Below, in pieces: positions 41,216 through 50,073 of a stretch of DNA of 64,000 nt (positions are counted from its first letter, which is position 1; each line of letters starts with the position of its first letter). The notes under the pieces were generated by a model. The model saw only the letters and a program-made list of their open reading frames with translations, was not told the origin of the DNA and did not search any database. The translations under genes and the position numbers were made by a program. The DNA comes from Candidatus Eiseniibacteriota bacterium (GTDB lineage Bacteria > Eisenbacteria > RBG-16-71-46), in NCBI GenBank assembly GCA_041483195.1, contig JBGPFC010000024.1:1-64000 (forward strand), in the 5' to 3' direction.

Positions 41216-43177
41216 ATGAGAGTCGCCACGTTCCTGATCGTCGCAACGCTGACGTGGGCCCCCGCCGCGCGTCCCGCGGACGCGCTTCCCCCGACGGACG
41301 GCACCCTGGCGAGCGAGCCCGCCCCAGCCCCGGCGGCCGTCGCGCCGGCGCCCGCGCTTTCGCCAGGCGAACCCCCTCACGATCTCTCCGACCTTCCGGG
41401 CTGGCTCGACTATCGCTCGCGCAGTCACGCCATCGCGCTTCCGCTCGAGGCCCGCATCTTCTACCGTCGCGGCCTGTTCGCGCACGAATCGGGAATGCTC
41501 GACGAAGGCGTGCGCTGGGTGAGAGGCGCGGCCGAGCTCGATCCCTCCTACGTGGCGCCCCATCTCACGCTCGCGGCATGGGCGCTGTTCCGCGAGCCGA
41601 GCCAGGCGCTCCTGCAGTACGCGACGGTGCTCGACCTGGCCCGCGGGAACTTTCTCCTCCAGCTGGCGGTCATGGGCAACGTGCTCTACGTGGGGTTCGG
41701 GGCGCTGGTCCTCGCGCTGCTCGCGGCGGGGTGCCTGATCGTCCTGCTGAGGATCCAGGAGCTCCGTCATCCGCTGCTGGAAAAGCTCTCGCGAGTGGTC
41801 TCCCCGGGCTCGGCCCGGGCGTGGTCGCTGGCCCTCGTCCTGCTGCCCTATGCCGCAGGCTTCGGCCCGGCGCTCCCCACCGTCGCGCTGCTCGGATTCC
41901 TGTGGTGCGTGCTCCGCGGCCGCGAACGCGTGCTGTTCGTCACCCTCACGCTGGTGCTCGCGGCGCTGCCCTGGATGTCGTCGATGCTGGACCGCATGGC
42001 CACGCCGCTCGACGAGGCGCGTGCCCCGCTCCACGGCGTTCCGCTGTTGGAAGGCGAGCCCTGGAGCCGCGAGCGTCAGGACCGCATGACCGCGCTGGCC
42101 GCACGGCACCCGGACAATCCGTTCGTGCGGTTCGGCCTCGGCTGGATCGCGCGCCGCGGCGGCGATCTCGTCACCGCGGAGGCCGCGTACCGCCGCGTGC
42201 TGCAGACCTGGCCGGACGACGATCGAGTCTTGAACGACCTGGGTAACGTGCTGGCGATGCAGGGGCGCACGGTCGAGGCGCTCACCCTTTACGATCGCGC
42301 GAACGCGAAGCTGCACGCGAACGCAGCCGCCTACTTCAACTCCTCGCAGCTCTACACGCAGCGATTCGAGTATCGCGCGGCGACCGAGGCCCTCTCGCGC
42401 GCCTCTTCGCTGGACTTCGACATGGTGCGGAACTACCAGTCGCAATCCACCGAGGACGGAATGCTGCCGCTGGTCGATCAGTGGATCGCGCCACGGGCCT
42501 TCTGGCTGGCACTGATGCGCGAGCCGCTGCCGCTGGGCGGGGCTCATTCCCTGCCGCCCGCCTGGCGGACGCGCATCGAGGCCTCGGGCTGGCCGTTCAG
42601 CCTCGCGGCCGTCATCCTCGCGCTGCTCGGCGTGAGCTTCAGCCTGGTGCAGCACGGCGGCATGCCGTTGCGGGCCTGCAGCAACTGCGGACACGTCGTG
42701 TGCCGGCGTTGCGCGCAGCGCCGGCGCGAGCTCGCGCTGTGCCCGGCGTGCGCAGCGCTCGAGTCGCGTGCCGAGAATCCCGATTTCGCCCGCGTGCTGC
42801 TGCTCCAGCATCAGCGTCAGCTGCTCAATCGCGAGCACCTGGTGCGCACCGCGGCGGCCGCGGTCGTTCCAGGCTTCGGATTGCTCGCGTTCCGAAGAGT
42901 CTTCACGCCGGTCGTCCTGCTCGCGCTCACCACGCTGCTCGCGGCTCAGTGGTTCGGGAGTTCGCTGCCGTTCGAGTTCGAACCGAGGCTCGCCCTCGCT
43001 CCGTCGTTCATCCCGGTCCCTCTGGCGCTCGCTCTGTGGGGCGCCATCTACGCGGCATCCCTGTTCGGGTACTTCGAACAGGTCGCCCGCGCGCGCGCGC
43101 AGGCCTCATCGCTCGCGGCGCCGGTCCGGAGCCGGAGCGTGCAGGCCACCCGGCGCACGCCCGCGGCCGCGGCCTAG
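41216..43177 (+). CDS. Membrane protein with TPR repeats and a Cys-rich (B-box-like) Zn-finger
   Basis: Start re-called at ATG 41216. Signal peptide, TPRs (VLNDLGNVL, AYFNSSQLY), several TM segments, CSNCGHVVCRRC...LCPAC. Confidence 0.78.
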   Translation: MRVATFLIVATLTWAPAARPADALPPTDGTLASEPAPAPAAVAPAPALSPGEPPHDLSDLPGWLDYRSRSHAIALPLEARIFYRRGLFAHESGMLDEGVRWVRGAAELDPSYVAPHLTLAAWALFREPSQALLQYATVLDLARGNFLLQLAVMGNVLYVGFGALVLALLAAGCLIVLLRIQELRHPLLEKLSRVVSPGSARAWSLALVLLPYAAGFGPALPTVALLGFLWCVLRGRERVLFVTLTLVLAALPWMSSMLDRMATPLDEARAPLHGVPLLEGEPWSRERQDRMTALAARHPDNPFVRFGLGWIARRGGDLVTAEAAYRRVLQTWPDDDRVLNDLGNVLAMQGRTVEALTLYDRANAKLHANAAAYFNSSQLYTQRFEYRAATEALSRASSLDFDMVRNYQSQSTEDGMLPLVDQWIAPRAFWLALMREPLPLGGAHSLPPAWRTRIEASGWPFSLAAVILALLGVSFSLVQHGGMPLRACSNCGHVVCRRCAQRRRELALCPACAALESRAENPDFARVLLLQHQRQLLNREHLVRTAAAAVVPGFGLLAFRRVFTPVVLLALTTLLAAQWFGSSLPFEFEPRLALAPSFIPVPLALALWGAIYAASLFGYFEQVARARAQASSLAAPVRSRSVQATRRTPAAAA

Positions 43178-43186
43178 GAGAACGCG

Positions 43187-44272
43187 ATGGCGCTCCAGGG
43201 CAGTCTCCGCGACTTCTCGGCGACGGAAATCCTTCAGCTGCTCGGCACCCAGAAGAAGACCGGGTGCCTGACCCTCGAGTGGAACACCGAGCGCGCGGTG
43301 ATCTACGTCCAGGAAGGCCGAGTCGTCTCCACGCGCAATCCGGGCATGCAGCGCGACGACCCCCTGCTCGCGTTCCTGCGGCACGTCAAGCGACTGTCCG
43401 ACGAGCAGGTGCGCGGGATCCTCACCATCCAGAAGGAGTCAGGGCGAGATCTCGAGGACCTGCTCGTGAACGGCCGCTACCTCGACGCGGAAGAGCTCGG
43501 GAGTTACCTCGAGCGCCAGATTCTCGCCGACCTCATGCGACTGGTGGGCTGGGAGAACGGCACCTATCGCTTCGACCCGCACAATCGCTGGCCCCATCAG
43601 CCGCTGGTGCGACTCAGCAGCGAGGGCGCGCTGATCGAAGCCGCGCGCCGCGGCGACGAGCAGAAACGGTACGTCTCGGTCTTCAAGGACCCGCATCAGT
43701 TGCTCGGGGTGCGCGACCTGCCCGATCCCAACGACCCGCTCTCCGAAGAGGAACGCGAGTTGTTCGGGCTGATCGACGGCAAGCATACCGTCCAGGAAAT
43801 CGTGGCGAGCGCCCCGCTCTCCGAGTACGAGGCCTACGAGGCGCTCAACCGAATGCTGGAGTCGAACTGGATCGAATTCGTCGGACGACGCGATCCCAGT
43901 CAGCCGGACGGGCCGCGCGAGACTCGTTCATCGGCCCCGGGGGCGGGGCGGAGTCCGATCGTTCGCGAGCTGGCGGTGGCCGCGCTGGTGGTGGCGGCGT
44001 TCCTCGGGCTCCGGTACGCCGGCACGCGACGGTCTCCCGCCGGCGCGCAACTGGGCGCGAGGGACGTGTTCGCGGCCGCCCAGGTGCGCGACCTGCGCCT
44101 CGCGCTCGATCTCTACCGCCGCGAGCGCGGTTCGTACCCCGCGCACCTCGAGCAACTGGTCGACGCGCGCTGGGTCACGCCCGAGCAGGCACACGTCGCG
44201 GGCTACGTGCTCAACTACCACCCGCTCCCCGGCGCGCAGGACTACGTGTTCGACCTGCAGCCCGATCGCTGA
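43187..44272 (+). CDS. DUF4388 (PatA-N-like) protein with TM and a C-terminal pseudopilin/GspG-like segment
   Basis: RBS AGGAG; MALQGSLRDFSATEILQLL...KKTGCL, LVGWENGTYRF; HTH-like IDGKHTVQEIV; TM; LRLALDLYRRERGSYPAHLEQLV. Confidence 0.78.
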   Translation: MALQGSLRDFSATEILQLLGTQKKTGCLTLEWNTERAVIYVQEGRVVSTRNPGMQRDDPLLAFLRHVKRLSDEQVRGILTIQKESGRDLEDLLVNGRYLDAEELGSYLERQILADLMRLVGWENGTYRFDPHNRWPHQPLVRLSSEGALIEAARRGDEQKRYVSVFKDPHQLLGVRDLPDPNDPLSEEERELFGLIDGKHTVQEIVASAPLSEYEAYEALNRMLESNWIEFVGRRDPSQPDGPRETRSSAPGAGRSPIVRELAVAALVVAAFLGLRYAGTRRSPAGAQLGARDVFAAAQVRDLRLALDLYRRERGSYPAHLEQLVDARWVTPEQAHVAGYVLNYHPLPGAQDYVFDLQPDR

Positions 44273-44282
44273 CGCGTCGCGC

Positions 44283-45359
44283 TCAGATCTCGCCCGCGTC
44301 TCCGCGGGCGAGGACGAATGACGCGGCTTCGTCGAGCCCGTCGCACACCGCGTCGGGCTGCGGACTCGGCCCGCCGGCCGCGATCGACCGTTCCGCTTCG
44401 CGTCCGTAGCCGGTGCGCACCAGGATTCCGAGCGTACCCGCGCGCCGGCCGGTTTCGACATCGAGCAGCTTGTCCCCCACCATCGCCGATCCGCGCCTCG
44501 TGAGGAGCAGGTCCTCGATGGCCCGATCGATCAGCGCGATCCCCGGCTTGCGGCAGGCGCAGCCCGCTTCGGGACGGTGCGGGCAGAAGTAGATGGCGTC
44601 CAGCTCCACGCCGCTCGCGCGCAGGATGGCTCGAAGCCTCGCCATGGCCTCGTGCACCTGTGCGGCCGGAAACAGGCCGCGGCCGACGCCCGACTGGTTC
44701 GAGATCACGACCAGCGCGAATCCGGCCGACCGCAGCCGCCGCAGCGCGTGGGCGACGCCCGGCAGCAACTCGATGTCCCCGGCATCCGTGAGGTAGCCGC
44801 GCTCGACCACCAGCGTCCCGTCGCGGTCCAGGAACATCGCGGAACGCGGGGCGTGCGCGCGTTGCCTCGCCAGCGCGCGTTCGCTTGCGCGCTCCAGGAT
44901 CTCGGTGTCGGGGTGCGCGCTTTCCGGTCCAGCGGGGACCCTCTCGGACGACCAGAACGCGAGCCGCTCGAGCGGGATCGGGCGCCGCCCCGCGCGCAGC
45001 GCGTCCTCCTCGCGGGGATCGACCAGCCCCATCGCGTAGATCGATCGCAATGCCCATTGCGCGCCGCGGCCAAGACCCTCGAGGTCGGAGGCGGCGAGTC
45101 CGAGCACCATCGCTCGCGCTCGGGTGAGCCAGCCCAGGCCCGCCACCCGCGCTGGCGAACCGCCGGCTCCAATGACGACATCCACCTCGAGCCTCGCCAC
45201 GGCGAGGCCGCGAGGCGCGGCGAGCAGACCGGCGCCGCCACCTGGCGGCACGGGTCCCCACCAGTGCACGCGATGTCCGCGAAGCGCGAGGCCGCGTGCC
45301 GCGCACAGCACGCGTTCCCGCTGCGCGCCGGGCGCCGACGCATGGATCAGCACCCGCAT
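44283..45359 (-). CDS. gmhB: HAD-IIIA D,D-heptose-1,7-bisphosphate phosphatase (GmhB-like) with an N-terminal extension
   Basis: C-terminal half has FLDRDGTL, ISNQSGVGRG, CPH...CACRKP, MVGDKLLDV, VRTGYG. About 170 extra N-terminal residues. Start re-called at ATG 45359. Confidence 0.82.
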   Translation of the reverse strand: MRVLIHASAPGAQRERVLCAARGLALRGHRVHWWGPVPPGGGAGLLAAPRGLAVARLEVDVVIGAGGSPARVAGLGWLTRARAMVLGLAASDLEGLGRGAQWALRSIYAMGLVDPREEDALRAGRRPIPLERLAFWSSERVPAGPESAHPDTEILERASERALARQRAHAPRSAMFLDRDGTLVVERGYLTDAGDIELLPGVAHALRRLRSAGFALVVISNQSGVGRGLFPAAQVHEAMARLRAILRASGVELDAIYFCPHRPEAGCACRKPGIALIDRAIEDLLLTRRGSAMVGDKLLDVETGRRAGTLGILVRTGYGREAERSIAAGGPSPQPDAVCDGLDEAASFVLARGDAGEI

Positions 45360-45375
45360 CGAGCGCCCGCGTCGT

Positions 45376-46446
45376 TCACGACGCCACCGCGCGGCACGCG
45401 GCCAGCGCATCGTCCACCCCGATCGCCGTCATGCACCGGTAGCCGATCCGGCACGTTCGCTCGAAACAGGGCGAGCACACCGGGGCACGCTGGATGACGC
45501 GCACCCGGGGACCGAGCGGCGCGGTCCACGCGCTGCTGGTGGACCCGAAGATCGCGACCGTCGGCGCGCCGACCGCCGCCGCGAGGTGCGCGAGCCCCGA
45601 ATCGTTGCACACCGCGAGCCCGGCCAGCGCGCACAGAGCGGCCTGCGTCTCGAGGTCGGTGTCGCCGGCGAGCACGCGGCTCGCGGCCCCGGCCCCGCGC
45701 GCGACCGTCTCCGCCGTATTGCGCTCGGCGGGCGCGCCGCACACCAGCACCGACCAGCCGTCCCGCGCCAGCGCCGCTCCGAGCTCCGCGAATCGGGCCT
45801 CACCCCAGCATTTCGCGGGCCCGTACGCCGCGCCCGGCCCGAGGATGGCGATGCGCCGGGAGCGAACGCCTCGCGCATCCAGCAGCGCGCGCGCCGCGCG
45901 CACCGCATCGGCCCGGGGCTCGAGCAGCGGAACCGCGGTCTCCTCGATTCCGAGTGCCCGGCCCAGGTCCAGGTATTCATCGCTCAGGTGCCGCTCGCCG
46001 CGCGCCACGCGGCGCATCGAGCGGGTGAGCAGCACGCCGCGCCCCTCGTGCGCGAACCCCACGCGGATCGCGGCGCCGCTCCGCCATGCAAACCATGCGC
46101 TCGAGAACGACGGGGGCAGCACCAGCGCGGCATCCGGACGAAAGGCGCGAAGCGCGCGGCCCAGCGCCCGGCGCGCGTCGGAGCCAGCGGGCCACGGCTC
46201 CCAGTGATCGACCACCGGGTCGCTCGCGAGCAGCGCGGCGAGCGGCGCGGGGGCGACCGCGCGAATCTCCGCGCGGGGATGGGCGCGGCGCAGCGCGTGC
46301 AGCAGCGGGCGCGCGAGCAGCGCGTCGCCGAGCCAGTTCGAGACCCGGACCAGGATGCGATCCAGCGCCCGCGCCTCGCCCCCGCGATCGCGCACGCCGT
46401 CGGTCGCACGACGTCCGTCCTCCGTGACCCGCTGCGTTACGGCCAT
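45376..46446 (-). CDS. waaF: GT9 LPS heptosyltransferase II (WaaF-like)
   Basis: NWLGDAL, LPPSFSSA, GPGAAYGPAKCW, NDSGLAHLAAA, FGST, CSPCF..C. Start re-called at ATG 46446 after GAGG. Confidence 0.85.
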   Translation of the reverse strand: MAVTQRVTEDGRRATDGVRDRGGEARALDRILVRVSNWLGDALLARPLLHALRRAHPRAEIRAVAPAPLAALLASDPVVDHWEPWPAGSDARRALGRALRAFRPDAALVLPPSFSSAWFAWRSGAAIRVGFAHEGRGVLLTRSMRRVARGERHLSDEYLDLGRALGIEETAVPLLEPRADAVRAARALLDARGVRSRRIAILGPGAAYGPAKCWGEARFAELGAALARDGWSVLVCGAPAERNTAETVARGAGAASRVLAGDTDLETQAALCALAGLAVCNDSGLAHLAAAVGAPTVAIFGSTSSAWTAPLGPRVRVIQRAPVCSPCFERTCRIGYRCMTAIGVDDALAACRAVAS

Positions 46447-46534
46447 GACATCCCTCGACGTGTGCTCCATCGCGAGGCCCGCTCGGAGTCCCGGGCGCGG
46501 CCCGCGCCGCGGAAGAGCACGCGGGAAGCGCGGG

Positions 46535-46564
46535 AGTATAGGGGGAGCCATCGCGGGCGCTCAA
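46535..46564 (-). promoter_or_regulatory. Sigma70-like promoter for waaF-gmhB
   Basis: TTGAGC-N18-TATACT on the minus strand. Confidence 0.55.
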
Positions 46565-46590
46565 GCCGGCCGCGGCCGCGCGACCCGCGC

Positions 46591-47646
46591 TCAGCCCGCC
46601 GCGGCCGGGACCACGGTGTCGATCGCGCCCAGCACCTGGTCCGCGCCGATCTCCGCCATGCAGCGAAAATGGCGCATCGGGCACGCCGGCCGTCCATGGA
46701 GCGTGCACGGCTGGCAGGGCTCGTGCCGCCGCATCACGACGTGTCCCTCGCCGGCCGGCGCGAATCCCAGCTCGGGGACGGTGCTTCCGAACAGCGCGAC
46801 GACCCGCAGGCCGCGCGCGGCGGCGAGGTGCATGAGCCCGCTGTCGCAGGTCACGGCCGCCGCGCAGCACCCGAGCAGCGCCGTGATGCGCGGCAGCGGT
46901 TCGACGCACCAGCGCGCGGCGGGATCGCCCGCGACGCGCGCGGCGAGCGAGGGCATCGCATCCCGTTCACGCGCGAGCGAAAAATACAGGCGCGGCGTGC
47001 CGCGCGCCGCGAGCGCGTCGTGAAGCGCGACCCAGTGAGACTCCGGCCAGCGCTTGGTGAAGTGTCGCGCGCCGGGGCAGAGCGCGAGCGGCGCCGCCGC
47101 GGGACGCCACGCGTCCATCCACGGGACGGCCCATGCCTCCGCCTCCTCCCCGGCCTCGGCGCGTGGGAGGAGTTCCGTCTGCAGACCGAGCGGCGCGAGT
47201 GCCGCAGCGTAGCGGGCCAGCGCGTGCGGCGCGGGAGGCGGGGCGCTCCAGCGCGCGTGCACCCAGCGCGCCCGGGTCAGCCGCGTGGACGGGACTCGGA
47301 GCACCGGTGCCCGCTGGCGAAACGTGAGCACGCGCGAGCGCACGCTGCGATGCAGGTCGACGATCAGGTCGCAGTCCTCGAGCTCGGCGCCCATCGCGAT
47401 CAGATCCTCGATGCGCCGCGCGTCTGGGTCCAGCGCACGCACGTGTGCGATGGCCGGATCGAAACGCACCGCGTCCGCGAACTCCTGCTTCGTCCAGTAA
47501 TGGATCTCGGCCGCCGGGAACGCCTGCTTCAGGGCGTGCACCACCGGAATCGTGAGCACGACGTCGCCCAGCGACGAGAGCCGCAGGATCGCGATGCGAC
47601 GGAAGCCGCCGCCCGGCACCCGGATCGGCCGAGCACGCCCCGCCAT
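46591..47646 (-). CDS. GT9 LPS heptosyltransferase family protein
   Basis: RLSSLGDVVL, DLH, PGARHFTKRW, DSGLMHLAAA, FGST, CQPC. Start ATG 47646 lies 1 nt after the msbA stop. Confidence 0.87.
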   Translation of the reverse strand: MAGRARPIRVPGGGFRRIAILRLSSLGDVVLTIPVVHALKQAFPAAEIHYWTKQEFADAVRFDPAIAHVRALDPDARRIEDLIAMGAELEDCDLIVDLHRSVRSRVLTFRQRAPVLRVPSTRLTRARWVHARWSAPPPAPHALARYAAALAPLGLQTELLPRAEAGEEAEAWAVPWMDAWRPAAAPLALCPGARHFTKRWPESHWVALHDALAARGTPRLYFSLARERDAMPSLAARVAGDPAARWCVEPLPRITALLGCCAAAVTCDSGLMHLAAARGLRVVALFGSTVPELGFAPAGEGHVVMRRHEPCQPCTLHGRPACPMRHFRCMAEIGADQVLGAIDTVVPAAAG

Positions 47647-47647
47647 C

Positions 47648-49501
47648 TCAGGCCACGAACTGGAGGTCGTACAGGCGCCGGTAGAGACCGTCCTGCTCGA
47701 GCAGCTCGGCGTGCGCCCCGCTCGCGACCACCCGCCCGCGTTCCAGCACGACGATGCGGTCGGCATGCTGGACCGTCGAGAGACGGTGGGCGATGACGAG
47801 CACCGTGCGATCCCGCATCAGGCGCTCGAGCGCATCCTGCACCAGGCGCTCGCTCTCGGTGTCGAGCGACGACGTCGCTTCGTCCAGCAGCAGCAGCGGC
47901 GGATTCTTGAGCAGCGCCCGGGCGATCGCGAGGCGCTGCCGCTCGCCGCCGGAGAGCTTCAGTCCGCGCTCGCCGATCACCGTCGCGTACCCCTGAGGCA
48001 TGCGCGTGACGAATTCGTGCGCGTGAGCCGCCTCGGCTGCCGCCTGCACCGAAGCATCGCTCGCTTCGGTCATGCCGTACGCGATGTTGTTGCGCACGGT
48101 GTCGTGAAACAGAATGGTCTCCTGCGTCACGATGCCCAGCCGGGCGCGCAGCGATGCCAGCGTGAGCTCTCGAAGGTCGACGCCGTCGATCGTGATCCGG
48201 CCGGCGGCCGGGTCGTAGAAGCGGCCGAGCAGGTCCATCGTGGTGCTCTTCCCCGCGCCGCTCGCGCCCACCAGCGCCACCACCTCTCCACGGGCGAGCT
48301 CGAAGCTCACGTCGCGCAGCACCGGGACGCCGGGCTGGTAGTCGAAGCTCACGTTGTCGTAGCGCACCGCTCGCGAGAACCCGGCGAGCGGGCGGGCATG
48401 CGGCGCGTCAACGACGGTGGGAACCGTGTCGAGCAGCTGAAACACCCGGGTCGCGGCGGCCACCCCCTGCTGCACGTTGGCGTTGACCTCGGAGAGGCTC
48501 TTCAGGGGCGAGATCGTGGAGAGCAGCGCCGTCACGAACAGCACGAATTGCTGCGGCTCGAGCGAGCGATGTTCGAAGATCTCGCGGCCGCCGAACCACA
48601 GCATTGCGACCGCGACCATCACGACCGCGTACTCGCTCACCGGACGCGCCGCCGCCGAGACCCGCCGCAGGTGCACGAACGCCCGATAGAAACCGAAATT
48701 GGCCGCGTCGAACTTGCGCTGCTCGAACGCTTCCATGCCGAACGCCTTGACCACGCGGGCTCCCGCGATGGTCTCCTGCAGGATGCCGGTGAGTTCCCCC
48801 ATCCGCTCCTGCGCGCGTGTCGATCGCTTGCGCATCTTGCGCCCGATCGAGACCAGCGCGAATGCGACCGGCGGGAGCACGACCAGCGAGAACAGCGCCA
48901 TGTGCCACGACGCCACGAACACCCAGGCCAGGCACCCGATCAGGGTGAGCGAATCCTTGACCAGATTGCTGATCCCGGCGGCGAGCGAGGCACGCAGGAA
49001 CTCGATGTCGTTCGTGATCCGCGACACCAGGGTCCCGGTGCGCCGTCCGTGGTAGAAGTCGAGCGACATGCGCTGCAGATGCGCGTACAGCGCGCTGCGC
49101 AGATCGCGGATCGCGGCCTGTTCGACGGAGACCATGAGAAATGCCTGCAGGTAGTCCGCGGCGTTCTTGAGGAGCAGCACGATCAGGATGAAGATGCAGA
49201 GTCGCTCCAGCGCCACGATCGGCCGCGCGTCGTGCAGCGCGCGCTCCGCCCACGCGCGGAGCGGGGCGGGCCAACCCGAGGTGCGCCCGGCGTGCGGCGG
49301 CGCGGGATGCGCAGGCGGAGCGGGCGCCGATGCAACCGCCGTCGCCGGCGCGGAGCGTTCGAACAGCACGCGCATCGCGGGCGCGATCAACCCGAGCGAG
49401 ATCGCGGCCATCGCGGCGTACACCACCATGCAACCGATCGCCGCCGCGAGTCGCACCCGATACGGGCGCAGGTAACCGAGCAGCCTCAGGTAGGTGCGCA
49501 T
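47648..49501 (-). CDS. msbA: Lipid A export ABC transporter (MsbA-like)
   Basis: ABC TM domain plus GASGAGKST, LSGGERQR, LDEATSSLD, IAHRLST; located in the lipid A cluster. Confidence 0.88.
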   Translation of the reverse strand: MRTYLRLLGYLRPYRVRLAAAIGCMVVYAAMAAISLGLIAPAMRVLFERSAPATAVASAPAPPAHPAPPHAGRTSGWPAPLRAWAERALHDARPIVALERLCIFILIVLLLKNAADYLQAFLMVSVEQAAIRDLRSALYAHLQRMSLDFYHGRRTGTLVSRITNDIEFLRASLAAGISNLVKDSLTLIGCLAWVFVASWHMALFSLVVLPPVAFALVSIGRKMRKRSTRAQERMGELTGILQETIAGARVVKAFGMEAFEQRKFDAANFGFYRAFVHLRRVSAAARPVSEYAVVMVAVAMLWFGGREIFEHRSLEPQQFVLFVTALLSTISPLKSLSEVNANVQQGVAAATRVFQLLDTVPTVVDAPHARPLAGFSRAVRYDNVSFDYQPGVPVLRDVSFELARGEVVALVGASGAGKSTTMDLLGRFYDPAAGRITIDGVDLRELTLASLRARLGIVTQETILFHDTVRNNIAYGMTEASDASVQAAAEAAHAHEFVTRMPQGYATVIGERGLKLSGGERQRLAIARALLKNPPLLLLDEATSSLDTESERLVQDALERLMRDRTVLVIAHRLSTVQHADRIVVLERGRVVASGAHAELLEQDGLYRRLYDLQFVA

Positions 49502-49599
49502 GAAGCTAGCGGGCGGCGCCGCGGGCGCGACCGCGGAGCGGCCTCGCGACCGTGCGCCGGCATGCGCGGCCTAAGGCATCCATGCGTCAGGCCACGGTC

Positions 49600-50043
49600 C
49601 TAGGGCCAGCTTCGGGTGCGGCCCGCCCCCGGGCGGGAGCCGCGGGCTGGACCGAACTCGAGTCGGGCGCCGAGCGCGCCCGCGAGCTCTCCGGCGTCGC
49701 GAAAATCCTGAATCGAGTCCTCGGGCCGGGCGCTCAGCTGTCCGCTCTCGACCAGCGCGAACACGATTCGGCCGACGTCTTCGCCGGTGGACACGCCCCA
49801 TTCGGCGAACACCATCCGCGCGAGCTGACCGAACTCCGCGCGCGCGAGCCGGACCACGCCCTCCAGTAATTCCTGCCCGCTCAGGTGGCGCCGTTCGGGA
49901 TCGCGACGCCGCTCGGCGGGCAGCGCCTGAACCGTGATGCCGAGCGCGGCCATGATGAATCCATACGCCTCCCGCCGGTAGCGCGGCTCGCGCTGCCGGA
50001 TCGCGTCTACCACATCCCAGAACGTCATCTCGCCAGCGCTCAT
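49600..50043 (-). CDS. Conserved hypothetical protein (Minf_1886-like)
   Basis: PRYRREAYGF, HLSGQELL, EFGQLARMVFAEWGV...DVGRIVFALVE...DSIQDF. Family label is from memory. Confidence 0.7.
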   Translation of the reverse strand: MSAGEMTFWDVVDAIRQREPRYRREAYGFIMAALGITVQALPAERRRDPERRHLSGQELLEGVVRLARAEFGQLARMVFAEWGVSTGEDVGRIVFALVESGQLSARPEDSIQDFRDAGELAGALGARLEFGPARGSRPGAGRTRSWP

Positions 50044-50073
50044 CGTTCTCCCGCCGTTCGCGGCTCCGCGCGA

